From contig CAXXKT010000001.1 in assembly GCA_963662405.2 (NCBI GenBank), positions 1,216,001 through 1,280,000 of the forward strand: a DNA stretch of 64,000 nucleotides. The letters run 5' to 3'. The stretch is from Syntrophales bacterium (GTDB lineage: Bacteria; Desulfobacterota; Syntrophia; Syntrophales; UBA2210). Each line of letters opens with the position of its first letter. The first letter of the stretch is position 1. Below, in pieces: positions 20,002 through 30,065 of this stretch. The notes beneath the pieces are model-generated. The model saw nothing but the letters and a program-made list of their open reading frames with translations. It was not told where the DNA came from and ran no database searches. Both the position numbers and the translations under genes were made by a program.

Positions 20002-20569
20002 GGTCGTCCCCTGTCCGTTCCAGCCGCCGGAGTTCCCTGAAGGCGTCTTCGGCGGCCCGTATGTTCGATTCCGTGGCGATCGTGATCTCTTCCCCGATGG
20101 CCTGTGCGACATCATCAAGGGGGGGCATCCCGAGGAGAGAGGCGAAGGCCCCGATCATCGCGGTATTGACGATCGGGTGGGTGCGACTTCCCAACGTGTG
20201 ATTCAGCGCAATCCGGGTCGCGTCGACGGTTGCCACGGGAAAGGGCGCAAAGGCGTCCGTTCCGGTAAAGGATTCGGGGGCGTTGATCAGGATCCATCCA
20301 CCGGGTTTCAACCCCCGGGTGACGTCGATGTTCTGGAGGAGCGTCCGATCCTGGACAACGACATGGTCGGGGGTGTAGACGTTGGTCCTCGCGAGGATCT
20401 TCGTATCGTCCAGCCGGAGGTAGGCCTCCACGGGTGCCCCTCGCCGCTCCACCCCGAAGACGGGAAAGGTCTGGACCTGGAACCCCGCCCGGAAGAATGC
20501 CTTGGCAAGGATAATTGCCCCAACGACCGTCCCCTGTCCCCCGCGGCCGTGAAAGCGGATCTCCGTCAT
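19994..20569 (-). CDS. porC: 2-oxoacid:acceptor oxidoreductase gamma subunit
   Basis: EIRFHGRGGQG, FGVERRGAP and NTAMIGA. Confidence 0.88.
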   Translation of the reverse strand: MTEIRFHGRGGQGTVVGAIILAKAFFRAGFQVQTFPVFGVERRGAPVEAYLRLDDTKILARTNVYTPDHVVVQDRTLLQNIDVTRGLKPGGWILINAPESFTGTDAFAPFPVATVDATRIALNHTLGSRTHPIVNTAMIGAFASLLGMPPLDDVAQAIGEEITIATESNIRAAEDAFRELRRLERTGDDHE

Positions 20570-21186
20570 CGAGCGTTTCCTCTCTGGCCTGGGTGGCTCC
20601 AGACCGTCACCACGGCGGTGGCCGGTTTCCCCTCGAGTCCCCTGAAACTGTGGTTGATCTCCGATTCGAAATAGAGCGAATCGCCGGGATGGAGGATCTC
20701 GATCCGGTCATCCGTCCGGAATTCCAGGGTCCCGTCGAGGATGTAGAGAAACTCCTCGCCGGGGTGGTTGACGAAGACCATCTCTTCCGTTCCCATGGGC
20801 TGAAATTCGACGAAGAGCGGCTCCATATGCTTGTTCGGTTTCTGGGTCTCCAACGATTCGTAGATGTAATCCACCTCGCCTTGGTGATGGTGGGGTCTCC
20901 TCTCGATCCTGACGCGCTCACCGGCACGGGTCACGGAGATCCTCACCTCGCCGGAGAGTTCTTCGAAGAAATAGGCCATGCTGACCCCCAGTGATTGGGC
21001 CAGCTTGATCAGGGTTGCTACCGGGGGGATGACCTCGCCGCTTTCGATCTCTTCCAGAACCGTTCGGTCGATCTCCGTTTTCGTCGCCATATCCTGGAGC
21101 GTATACCGTCTCTTTTCCCTCAGCTCCCGGGCCTTGACGCCGATCTTCAACCCCTCAACGGTATGCGGGTTTTTTCCTGCAGTCAT
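20566..21186 (-). CDS. XRE-family HTH regulator with cupin domain
   Basis: N-terminal HTH (LQDMATKT..IESG..PPVATL) and a cupin HPGEEF...GDSLYF. Confidence 0.88.
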   Translation of the reverse strand: MTAGKNPHTVEGLKIGVKARELREKRRYTLQDMATKTEIDRTVLEEIESGEVIPPVATLIKLAQSLGVSMAYFFEELSGEVRISVTRAGERVRIERRPHHHQGEVDYIYESLETQKPNKHMEPLFVEFQPMGTEEMVFVNHPGEEFLYILDGTLEFRTDDRIEILHPGDSLYFESEINHSFRGLEGKPATAVVTVWSHPGQRGNAR

Positions 21187-21449
21187 GATCGTACCTCTCG
21201 CTGCGAGAATATATGAATGATGGTTTTGATTCTTTTACGGTACCACCCGCGTGGCATGCCCCCTCGGAATGAAGGAGAAACGGAATGATGAGAGATGAAA
21301 TGACGAGTGGGAGCGCCGACTCAACTGGAAGCATGATACCCGGATCTCTTCACACTATGATTGTTACATACATGAGATCGACGATTTTATCAATGGGATC
21401 TTTCCGGAAATGGGTTTTGGATCCGGTGGGGTACGGTCATTGGTCAGGG

Positions 21450-21479
21450 AAACACACCCCCGGTGAGAACGGGGGTGTG
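21450..21479 (-). terminator. Hairpin/terminator after the NMO-like gene
   Basis: CACACCCCCG...CGGGGGTGTG inverted repeat with a short T-run on the minus strand. Confidence 0.55.
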
Positions 21480-21502
21480 CATGCGATGGCGTCAGGCCAT
21501 GA

Positions 21503-22489
21503 TTACGAAAACCGGCCGAGGTTATTTTGTAATATCGCTTCGGCGTCCCGGACGATCCCGTCGAGGAGCTCCCTGCAGGTGAGGACGTTATGGATCAGGC
21601 CGATCGATTGACCGACGGCGATCATCCCCCGGTTCATCTCTCCCTTCTGCCAGATCTCATCCCCCAGCGCACCGGCGATGTGGGGCAGGATTTCCTCCAG
21701 ACCGCCGCCGCGTGCCTCGATCTTCATGACCTCCCGGATTGAATCGTTCATGAGTGCCCGTCCCTGCAGGCCGATCGAGTTTCCGTACAGAACGGTCTCA
21801 TTTTCCTGCCGGCGAATCATCTCTTCATGGACCTTCTCATGGACCGCGCACTCAGCGGTGTTGATGAAGCGGGATGCCATCATGATCCCCTCCGCTCCCA
21901 GACAGAGCGCTGCCGCCAGACCGCGTCCATCCGCCATCCCTCCCGTTGTGACCACCGGGATCGAGAGTTCCTCGGCCATACGCGGAGTCAGGACGGTGGT
22001 GGCGACATTTTCGTTCAGGGGGTGTCCTCCCTCCTCGACACCGGCAGCGAAGACGGCGTCGTACCCCGCCTTCTCGGCCGACTTTCCGTGCCTGACCGAG
22101 CCCACCTTATGAAACAGCTTCACCCCGGCATCCTTCAGTTTCTTGAAGTAGACGCCGTCCTTGAACCGGTTCAGAGGGGTACCGCTGATCTCTGCCGCCG
22201 GGACGTTTTCTTCTGCCATGGTATCGAAATACATGCTGTACCGATCATCCGAAATCCCGATCGAAGGAAGCAGCGTGACATTCACGATGAAGGGCCGGTC
22301 CGTCAGACGCCGGGTCTCAGCAATGGCACTGCGAAACGATTCTTTGTCCTCATACATGCCCGCCGTCAGGTTCCCCAGTCCGCCGGCGTTGGATATGGCC
22401 GCGCACAGGGGGGGATAGGCCAGGCGCATCATGCCGCCGCATGCGATCGGGTATTCAATCCCCATCAACTCCGTCAGTCTCGTCTTCAT
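21503..22489 (-). CDS. Nitronate monooxygenase/FabK-family FMN oxidoreductase
   Basis: GIEYPIACGGM, GVEEGGHP and GGMADGRG. Confidence 0.85.
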   Translation of the reverse strand: MKTRLTELMGIEYPIACGGMMRLAYPPLCAAISNAGGLGNLTAGMYEDKESFRSAIAETRRLTDRPFIVNVTLLPSIGISDDRYSMYFDTMAEENVPAAEISGTPLNRFKDGVYFKKLKDAGVKLFHKVGSVRHGKSAEKAGYDAVFAAGVEEGGHPLNENVATTVLTPRMAEELSIPVVTTGGMADGRGLAAALCLGAEGIMMASRFINTAECAVHEKVHEEMIRRQENETVLYGNSIGLQGRALMNDSIREVMKIEARGGGLEEILPHIAGALGDEIWQKGEMNRGMIAVGQSIGLIHNVLTCRELLDGIVRDAEAILQNNLGRFS

Positions 22490-22527
22490 CTGTTCGTACT
22501 CCTTTTCTCGCGTTCTGGTGTGATGAG

Positions 22528-23499
22528 TTATATGTGGTCCTTCAAGAACGGTATCATCAGGTCGTTGATCTCGAGGGGGCGCTCCTGCTGAATCCAGTGA
22601 CCGGCCGCGGGGATCAGGACCTTCTGCTTGAGGTCGGGGACGGATTCATCCATCCGATCAAAGACGCCGCGACTGAAGGTGATGACGCCGTCCAGTTCCC
22701 CGGCTATGAAGAGGGTTGGTTGCCGGATCTTTGCTTCATTGAGAAAGGGGGTGAGCTCCCAGTTCCGATCGATGTTCCGGTACCAGTTGATCCCGCCGCG
22801 GAAACCTGTCTGCGTGAATGCCTCGGTGAAAAATTCGATATCCCCTTCGGTCAACCAGGGGGGGAGGGTATCGGGGACACAGGAGGTGTCGATAAACCGT
22901 TGACCCTTGGGAAAGACAAACTGCCAGCGTTTCTCGGGAGGCGGGTCACCGGAGGCCGCATAGAGAGAGCCGAGGATGAACGCCCTGACATCCTCTTCAA
23001 GTTCCTTTTCAATCCTGCCCTGCTCCTGAAAGTAGAGGATATAAAATTCGAGGTCCTGGCCACCCAGCAGCTTGCTCATCCCCTCCGTGGGCCTTCGGCT
23101 CTTCCATGAGCGTGAGGCAAAGGGGACGCTCAGCAGGATTACCTGTTTGAAGATGTCCGGTCTCATGAGGGCACAATGCTGGGCAACCGTTGATCCCCAG
23201 TCGTGCCCGACGATAACGGCTTCCTCTTCTCCCAGGGCATGGACCAGGCCGACGATATCCCCGACCAGATGAAAGATATCGTATGCCTCCACCGGGTCGG
23301 GCCGGTCGGTACGGCCGTAACCGCGCTGATCGGGGGCGACGGCGTGAAATCCGGCGGCCGCCAGGGCCGGCAACTGATGCCGCCAAGAGTAGCCCAGTTC
23401 CGGAAATCCGTGGCAGAGAATAACGAGGGGTCCTTCTCCCTGCTCGGTGATGTGCATGGTAATCCCGTTGGTCTCAATCGTACGGTGGCGTTCTTCCAT
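22528..23499 (-). CDS. Alpha/beta-fold epoxide hydrolase
   Basis: HGFPE, GHDWG nucleophile, lid Tyr residues (YILYFQ, NWYRN) and GHWIQQE. Confidence 0.85.
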   Translation of the reverse strand: MEERHRTIETNGITMHITEQGEGPLVILCHGFPELGYSWRHQLPALAAAGFHAVAPDQRGYGRTDRPDPVEAYDIFHLVGDIVGLVHALGEEEAVIVGHDWGSTVAQHCALMRPDIFKQVILLSVPFASRSWKSRRPTEGMSKLLGGQDLEFYILYFQEQGRIEKELEEDVRAFILGSLYAASGDPPPEKRWQFVFPKGQRFIDTSCVPDTLPPWLTEGDIEFFTEAFTQTGFRGGINWYRNIDRNWELTPFLNEAKIRQPTLFIAGELDGVITFSRGVFDRMDESVPDLKQKVLIPAAGHWIQQERPLEINDLMIPFLKDHI

Positions 23500-23534
23500 T
23501 GGATCCTCCTTTTCTGGGTTGTACAAGGCTCGGT

Positions 23535-24392
23535 CTATTCGTTTATATAGGGCACCTCATCCCACCACGGATAAAAGTCCGGCATGTCCCGGCCCGGTTT
23601 CATCGAAAAGGCCGGGGGACGTTTTGCGAGGAAAGCTTTCACCCCTTCCTCCGTATCGGGTGATGACAGCATATACCCGAAGGCCTTCGATTCGATGATG
23701 TGGGTGTTCATGGGGTGCCGTTCACACAGCATCTTCCAGATCATCTGCCGGGCCAGGGCGGTGGATACGGCGGAGGTGTTGTCCGCGATCTCACGCGCGA
23801 TCCGGGTGGCCGTCGGGATCAGTTCTTCCGGGGCGGTCACCCGGCTGAAGAGCCCCAGTTCCAGCCCTTCCCGGGCGTCGAAGAGGCGACCCGTGAGGAT
23901 CAGCTCCGCCGCCGTGCTGACGCCGAGAATCCGCGGGAGAAAGTAGGTACAGCACCCCTCGGGGACGACCCCCCTCCGGTCAAAGACAAACCCGATTTTT
24001 TTGGCGCCCTCGGAGGCGATTCGGATGTCCATGGCCATGGTCATGGTAATCCCGACGCCGACGGCGTTCCCGTTGATCGCCCCGATGACGGGCTTTTTCA
24101 TATTGAAGAGACGCATGGTGACCTGCCCCGCCGAGTCGCGGAAGGGTTTGTTCCCCTCGGGATCGTCGGGATTTTGAAATCCTCCGGCGGCCAGATCCGC
24201 TCCAGCGCAGTACGCCCGCCCGGCCCCGGTGAAGATCACTACCCGGACCGCGTCGTCACGGTCGGCCTCATCCAGCGCCTGCAGGATCTCCTGCATCATG
24301 ACGGGTGTCCAGGCGTTGAGTACCTCCGGTCGGTTGAGTGTAATAGTGGCGATGCGGTCCGCCACGGCATAGGCTATCTGTTCGTACTTCAT
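23535..24392 (-). CDS. Enoyl-CoA hydratase/isomerase (crotonase)
   Basis: LNRPEVLNA, CAGADL, AINGNAVGVG and PEG. GGAGG SD precedes ATG 24392. Confidence 0.9.
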   Translation of the reverse strand: MKYEQIAYAVADRIATITLNRPEVLNAWTPVMMQEILQALDEADRDDAVRVVIFTGAGRAYCAGADLAAGGFQNPDDPEGNKPFRDSAGQVTMRLFNMKKPVIGAINGNAVGVGITMTMAMDIRIASEGAKKIGFVFDRRGVVPEGCCTYFLPRILGVSTAAELILTGRLFDAREGLELGLFSRVTAPEELIPTATRIAREIADNTSAVSTALARQMIWKMLCERHPMNTHIIESKAFGYMLSSPDTEEGVKAFLAKRPPAFSMKPGRDMPDFYPWWDEVPYINE

Positions 24393-24429
24393 GAAATTAT
24401 TCCTCCAAAGCGATATATGGGGATGTCCT

Positions 24430-24446
24430 AGCAGGTTCCGGGCCAA
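24430..24446 (-). promoter_or_regulatory. sigma54 promoter
   Basis: Minus strand TTGGCCCGGAACCTGCT (GG-N10-GC), about 40 nt before the crotonase ATG. Confidence 0.6.
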
Positions 24447-24646
24447 ATGGCAATTCCTTTCAGGAGACCCGGAGGGGGGGCGGAAACGAGGGACAGGACT
24501 TCATGGAAGGGCACATCTCACGGGAAGCAGGGACAGGGAGAGGAGATGCCAAGATCTCCTCCGTCGGGCGGTGCGGCCTTCTCGATACACATATGATCCC
24601 GCATCGCGGGATCGCTGATAATAGCTGAAAAACTCGAGAGATTTCT

Positions 24647-25342
24647 TCAATGCCGCAGGGATGTGATCGTCTGATCTATAATCTCCCTAATCTCCCGGGG
24701 GGTCTCTTGCTTCATCCTGCCGATGAGCCCCGCGTTTTTGTTCAGCGACCGGGCGAAGGCAACGGCCTCGTTCATCAGGTCTTCGGGGGGACAGGCCTTC
24801 TTGATGATGTGGTGTTCCTCGCACTCCTGTGCGGTGAGTCTTCTTCCGGTATACTGCATCTCCTCGAATTTGTACTGGGGGACCGCCCGCCGCGCGATAG
24901 CCGAGAGGACCGGCCCCAGGGTCATATTGATATCCACTTCGGGGAGACAGATCCACCCCTTGTCCGCGCGCATGAACCGGAAATCGAGGGCGAATGCCAG
25001 AAAAGCCCCGCCGGCAAAGGCGTGACCGTTGATGGCTGCGATGGTCGGCATGGGAAAGGTGAGGACACGTTCCAGGAAGCGGTACATCGCGGTGAGAAAT
25101 CGATCCATCATCTCCGGTCCCTCCTCTTCGACGGCGGGAAGGAACCAGTCCAGGTCGATGCCGTTGGACCAGATTTTTGTATCCGCGGAATTGACAACGA
25201 GGGCATTCGCTTCAGTTGCGTGTTCGATCTCGTCGAGGGCACCCAAGAACGTTTCCATAAATGGAAAGTTAAATCGATTTTCACCACCGTTCATCGTTAC
25301 CACGGCAACCCGCTCGTTCAGTTTATATACAACTTTCGACAT
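24647..25342 (-). CDS. Enoyl-CoA delta-isomerase-like crotonase
   Basis: WSNGIDL, AAINGHAFAGG and CLPEVDI. Confidence 0.85.
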   Translation of the reverse strand: MSKVVYKLNERVAVVTMNGGENRFNFPFMETFLGALDEIEHATEANALVVNSADTKIWSNGIDLDWFLPAVEEEGPEMMDRFLTAMYRFLERVLTFPMPTIAAINGHAFAGGAFLAFALDFRFMRADKGWICLPEVDINMTLGPVLSAIARRAVPQYKFEEMQYTGRRLTAQECEEHHIIKKACPPEDLMNEAVAFARSLNKNAGLIGRMKQETPREIREIIDQTITSLRH

Positions 25343-25404
25343 TGTCGATTCCTTTCTCCTGATATCCCGTCTCAGTTTCTTGTGGCACAGAACGACAAAC
25401 GGCG

Positions 25405-26223
25405 TCAGATGTCGTGCAGCTTCTCCGGCGCCAGATCTTCCCTCACGTCGGTGACGCCGGGCACTGCCCTGACGGCATCCAGGAGATCATCCTTCGATTC
25501 CAGGGGGTTGATGAGTCCGGTGAGGATTATGACCCCGGTTTCGGGGACATCGACGTGGATAGTCTTTGCGCTGAGACTTGTCTTTTTGACCGCCGTTGTG
25601 GCCATCTTTTTGAGGCTGTATCGTTCCATGGTCTCCAGGGCCTTGAGGCTGCAGGTGTTGATGATTTCGGACCGGGCAACGGAGAGAATGAGATCGGCGG
25701 CGGCATCGTTCCCCAGCTTGTCCTTGTTGACGATCAGATCGTAGAGCCCCGGGCTGTCCCAGTCCATATCGAAGGAATAACTCATGAACCCTCTCTTGCT
25801 GCTGTCGTCGGCACGGATGATCTTCAGGGCGGCCTCGTGACTGATTCCCTGCGAAGATCGCAGAGCCTCAATGCGGGTTTCCTTCGACGAGTGGATACGG
25901 ACATGGAGGGCACAGCCGAAGTCACGCAGGAGAAATTGAGCGCCGTGTCCAATGATCACTCCCTCTCCCCGGCGTGAGATTTCGTACACGACCGCCTCGA
26001 GAAGCTCGAGGTATGACTGGGGTCTGAACTCAAGGACACGGCTGAAAAACCCCGGCGCCTTTTCGTCAAGACTCCCCAGTTCTTTTGGAGAGAGGCCCAT
26101 AGCGATGGATTCCTCCCTGATTTTTTCATCGTTATACAGCGGCACTGACACCCCGTCAGCCACGCGCCGGGCGATCTCGGGTCCGCCGCACCCAATCCCT
26201 GCTGTGATCGTAATCAATGCCAT
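25405..26223 (-). CDS. Cytidylate kinase-like protein with C-terminal BON domain
   Basis: ITITAGIGCGGPEIA, GVIIGHGAQF and YDLIVN, with a BON-like tail (VILTG..VPGVTDV). Confidence 0.75.
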   Translation of the reverse strand: MALITITAGIGCGGPEIARRVADGVSVPLYNDEKIREESIAMGLSPKELGSLDEKAPGFFSRVLEFRPQSYLELLEAVVYEISRRGEGVIIGHGAQFLLRDFGCALHVRIHSSKETRIEALRSSQGISHEAALKIIRADDSSKRGFMSYSFDMDWDSPGLYDLIVNKDKLGNDAAADLILSVARSEIINTCSLKALETMERYSLKKMATTAVKKTSLSAKTIHVDVPETGVIILTGLINPLESKDDLLDAVRAVPGVTDVREDLAPEKLHDI

Positions 26224-26323
26224 GACGATATCTCCTTTTCTGATGAAGGCCGGCGGTTTCCCGGTTCGAACGGTCTGGAGAGAGGTGCCGGCGATGTTCG
26301 CCCTCGGCGATGGTGAATTACCC

Positions 26324-28117
26324 TTACCCGTAAAGCATATATACAAGAATCACCGCTATGACAAGATAGATGATCGTTAGTACGCCCCCGACACGGATGA
26401 AATCACGGGTCCTGTAACCGCCGGGGGAGATGAGCAGGGCGTTGACCTGGTGTGTGGGGAGGAGGAAGGCGTTGGATGCGCAAACAGCCACCAGGAGCGC
26501 CAGACCACGGGGGTTGATGCCGACCAGATCGGCCATCACCATCGCCAGGGGGACCAGAAGAATCGTGGTGGCCACGTTCGATATGACGAGAGAAAAAAAA
26601 GTGGCGAGGAGTCCAACAACGAACAGTATCATAAGGGGGTGTCCCTCCAGGACCTGCATGATCTGGATGGCTGCGTATCGGGCCGCTCCGGTACGGTCCA
26701 CGGCGATACCGAGGGGGATGAGCCCCGCCAGGAGAAAGACCGTTCGCCAGTCCACGGCGCGATAGGCCTCGTCGATCGGGATGATCCGCAGAATGATCAT
26801 GGCCGCGGCCCCCGTCAGGAGACCGAGGGCGATCGGGAATCCCGAAAGGGTGAGCAGAATTGCCCCGGCCAGACAGGCGAGGGCAATGATCGGTCGAGGC
26901 CGCGGTGCCGTCTCCGTTGCCTCGACGGGGGTAATGAGGACGAAGTTGCTGTTGTCGGCCATTGATCGTATTTGCTGCCACCGCCCGTGGACGATCAGGG
27001 CGGTTCCCGCCTTGAGGGGCTCGTCCGAAAAATTTTCCCGTTCCTCGCGTTCACCGCTGAGGAGCATAATCGGCTCCACGCCATAGGTCTTGCGGAGGGT
27101 TATCTCACGGAGTGTCTTCCCGATGAGAGGCGCCCTGACGGGGATGACCAGTTCGGCAAAACCGGCGTGTCCGGCCGTCTCCAGATCCTCGAAGGGTTTC
27201 GCATCTTCCCGGTACATCAGGTCATAATCGGTGACGAACCGGGTCAGGTCGTTTCGATTGCCCAGGAGGGCCAGCCGCTGCCCCGCTGCAAAGGGTGTGT
27301 GCCGCCAAGGGGCATAGAGGACGTCATCCCCTTCGGCCAGGGCGAGGAGGTTCAGCCGATACTTCGCCCGGAGTCGGACATCTCCCCTGGTTCTGCCCAC
27401 GAGGGGACTCTTTGCCGGGACGATGCAGTGATAAATGGTTGTGGGAAGGTGCCATCGCTCGATCAGTCTGAGCTGCATGCTGACCGGTTTTTGTATTCGC
27501 TCCCTCGTGCCGGGGAGGAGGCGGTGGCCGGAGAAAAGAAAATAGATCACCCCGGCGGCCAGGAGGGAGATCCCCACGGGGGTGACACTGAAAAGACCGA
27601 AGGGGTGGTATCCCCCCTGCCGCAACAGATCGTTCAGGATGAGGAGAGGGGTTGATCCGACCATGCTCAGATTACCCCCCAGGATGACCGCAAACCCCAT
27701 GGGCATCAGGAGACGTGATGCGGGTATCCCCGTGCTCTTGGATATCCGGAGCATGGCCGGCAAAAAGAGGGCGGCGGCACCGATGTTCTGCATGAAGGCG
27801 GAGATGAGACCTACCGTGATGGTAACGAGACCGATCAGCCGTTTCTCGTCGCCCCGGGCGGCAGCGGCGATAGGCTGGACGAGACGGGTGATGGCACCGG
27901 AACGGTCCACACCGTAGCCCAGGATCATGACGGCGATCACCGCAACGACGGCGTTGCTGGCAAGCCCCGAAAAGGCCTCCTCCGGTTCTACCAGTCCCAG
28001 CCAGGGGAGGCTGACCATCACCAGGATCGCCACGATATCAACTCGCAGGACATCGGTGATGAAGAGAATCACCGTCACGCCGAAGATCAGAAAAACAAGG
28101 GCCATCTGAAACGTCAT
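26324..28117 (-). CDS. SLC13/DASS-family di/tricarboxylate permease with TrkA-C domains
   Basis: SAFMQN and ISNVAT motifs, central RCK-C repeats and PGGYR. Confidence 0.87.
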   Translation of the reverse strand: MTFQMALVFLIFGVTVILFITDVLRVDIVAILVMVSLPWLGLVEPEEAFSGLASNAVVAVIAVMILGYGVDRSGAITRLVQPIAAAARGDEKRLIGLVTITVGLISAFMQNIGAAALFLPAMLRISKSTGIPASRLLMPMGFAVILGGNLSMVGSTPLLILNDLLRQGGYHPFGLFSVTPVGISLLAAGVIYFLFSGHRLLPGTRERIQKPVSMQLRLIERWHLPTTIYHCIVPAKSPLVGRTRGDVRLRAKYRLNLLALAEGDDVLYAPWRHTPFAAGQRLALLGNRNDLTRFVTDYDLMYREDAKPFEDLETAGHAGFAELVIPVRAPLIGKTLREITLRKTYGVEPIMLLSGEREERENFSDEPLKAGTALIVHGRWQQIRSMADNSNFVLITPVEATETAPRPRPIIALACLAGAILLTLSGFPIALGLLTGAAAMIILRIIPIDEAYRAVDWRTVFLLAGLIPLGIAVDRTGAARYAAIQIMQVLEGHPLMILFVVGLLATFFSLVISNVATTILLVPLAMVMADLVGINPRGLALLVAVCASNAFLLPTHQVNALLISPGGYRTRDFIRVGGVLTIIYLVIAVILVYMLYG

Positions 28118-28157
28118 GGCTTGCCTCCTTATAAGAGCGGCGGTGCGGCCGTTTTCC

Positions 28158-29936
28158 TTAAAAGGGCCACAGAACCGGCGCCAGAAGGACCGTGGTAACC
28201 CAGAAGATGATATTCAGGGGCAGACCGATACGGGCGAAATCGGAAAAGCGATACCCCCCCGGCGCATACACCATCGTATTCGTCTGATAGCCGATCGGGG
28301 TCGCGAAGCTCGTTGACGCGGCAAAGGTAATCGCCATTAAAAACGGGCGAACGGATATCCCCATCAACTCAGCGACCGAGAAGGCGATCGGCACCAAGAG
28401 AATGGCCGCGGCGTTGTTCGACATCATCGCGGTCAGAACGGCGGTGATGAAATAGAGGCAGGTCAGGACGACGAACGGGCCCATCGCGATCAATGGGTTC
28501 ATAATCGTGTTCGCGAGCCATGCGGCGGTTCCCGTCTGCTCGAGGGCGAGTCCCAGGGGGATAATTCCCCCCAACAGGAAAATCACCTTCCAGTCGATTG
28601 CCTTGTAAGCCTCTTCAATGGTGATGCAGCGGCCGAGGACCATGGCGACGGCGCCGGTCAGGGCGGCCACGAGGAGGGGAAGGACATTGAAGGCGACAAG
28701 GAGGATCATGGAGATAAAGATTGCCAGTGCCGTGAAGGCGCGATCCTTGCGAAGGTGAAGCTGTGTCAGCTCGTTGGTGACGATGAGATCACTGGTCTGG
28801 AGAATGCGGCGCACCGAATCCCTGTCGCACTGCAGGAGGAGGGTGTCTCCGTCGTCGAAATTGATATCGGCGAGTCGCTCCCGGAGGATCTTCCCCCGTC
28901 TTTGGATGGCGAGGACCACGCAGCCGTAGCGCTCTATGTACTCGGCACCGCGCAGGGTCCGCCCGATCAGCCGTGACCGCGGCGGTACCAGCGCCTCGAT
29001 CAACTCGATCTTGTCCGATTCCAGCTCGGTATCTTTGATGACCGCATCCGCTTTTGTCTCGAGACGGTAGTTGCCTTTCATCTTGATCAGCGCTTCCGCG
29101 TTGCCGTGGAGGAGGAGAAAATCATCCTCCCTGATCTTGGTGGCCGATGCCCGCCAGGTCGCCTTGCCGTCCCGGATGATCTTTATGAGATCGATTTCGT
29201 TCAGGTCCTTCTTCTCGATCTCGCGCCACCGCTTACCCGCCAACGAGGATTCGGCGGTTACCCGCATCTCGGAAAAGTAGTCTGCGAGGCGGTACTTGTC
29301 GACCTGTTCTTCCTCACCCTCCCGTTTCGGGATCAGGATCCGTGATGCAAAGGTCAGATAGAGAATGCCGATGACGGCCAGGATAATTCCCATAGGCGCG
29401 AATTCAAAGAGAGAAAAGGGCTTCAGGCCCCCGGCGACGGCCATCGAATTGACCAGGACGTTGGTGGAGGTCCCGATCAGTGTGCAGACGCCCCCGAACT
29501 GGCTCGCGAAGGACAGGGGGATCAGGACGCGTGACGGGGCGACGTTGCGTGTTTTCGCGAGGATGACCGCCACGGGGATCAGGATTGCGACGGTCGCCGT
29601 GTTGACCATGAAGGCCGAAAGGGTGGCCGCAAGGAGGCAGAGGACGCAGATCAGTCGCCGTTGCCCCTTTCCGGCAAACCGGTCGAGGTGGCGGGCCAGC
29701 CACTCGACGAGACCGGTCCGGACCAGTCCCGCACTCAAGACGAACATAGCGGCGACGATGGCCGTGGCGGTGTTCGCGAACCCGTACAGGGCCTGGTCGG
29801 GCCTGATGAGATGCAGGAGGAGGATCGCTACCAGGACGGACAGCGCGGTCACATCAACCCGGAGCGTTTCGGTGATGAAGAGAACGGTGGCGGCAACGAC
29901 GATGACCAGGAGCAATACGGTGTCTATGGGAATCAT
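28158..29936 (-). CDS. SLC13/DASS-family permease with TrkA-C domains
   Basis: SAFMVNT, TLIGTSTN, MSNNAAA and TPIGYQTN. Confidence 0.9.
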   Translation of the reverse strand: MIPIDTVLLLVIVVAATVLFITETLRVDVTALSVLVAILLLHLIRPDQALYGFANTATAIVAAMFVLSAGLVRTGLVEWLARHLDRFAGKGQRRLICVLCLLAATLSAFMVNTATVAILIPVAVILAKTRNVAPSRVLIPLSFASQFGGVCTLIGTSTNVLVNSMAVAGGLKPFSLFEFAPMGIILAVIGILYLTFASRILIPKREGEEEQVDKYRLADYFSEMRVTAESSLAGKRWREIEKKDLNEIDLIKIIRDGKATWRASATKIREDDFLLLHGNAEALIKMKGNYRLETKADAVIKDTELESDKIELIEALVPPRSRLIGRTLRGAEYIERYGCVVLAIQRRGKILRERLADINFDDGDTLLLQCDRDSVRRILQTSDLIVTNELTQLHLRKDRAFTALAIFISMILLVAFNVLPLLVAALTGAVAMVLGRCITIEEAYKAIDWKVIFLLGGIIPLGLALEQTGTAAWLANTIMNPLIAMGPFVVLTCLYFITAVLTAMMSNNAAAILLVPIAFSVAELMGISVRPFLMAITFAASTSFATPIGYQTNTMVYAPGGYRFSDFARIGLPLNIIFWVTTVLLAPVLWPF

Positions 29937-29985
29937 ATAATACGTCCTCTATCAGGAGTCAAAATACGATTACTGCATGATTTTC

Positions 29986-30014
29986 ATTATAATGTCCTGA
30001 CGGGTGGCGGTCAA
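29986..30014 (-). promoter_or_regulatory. sigma70 promoter for the SLC13 genes
   Basis: Minus strand TTGACC-N17-TATAAT. Confidence 0.7.
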
Positions 30015-30065
30015 CGGGAAATGCGGGGGGCGGAGGATGCGACAGAAAGGAGCGGGGTGTGGATA

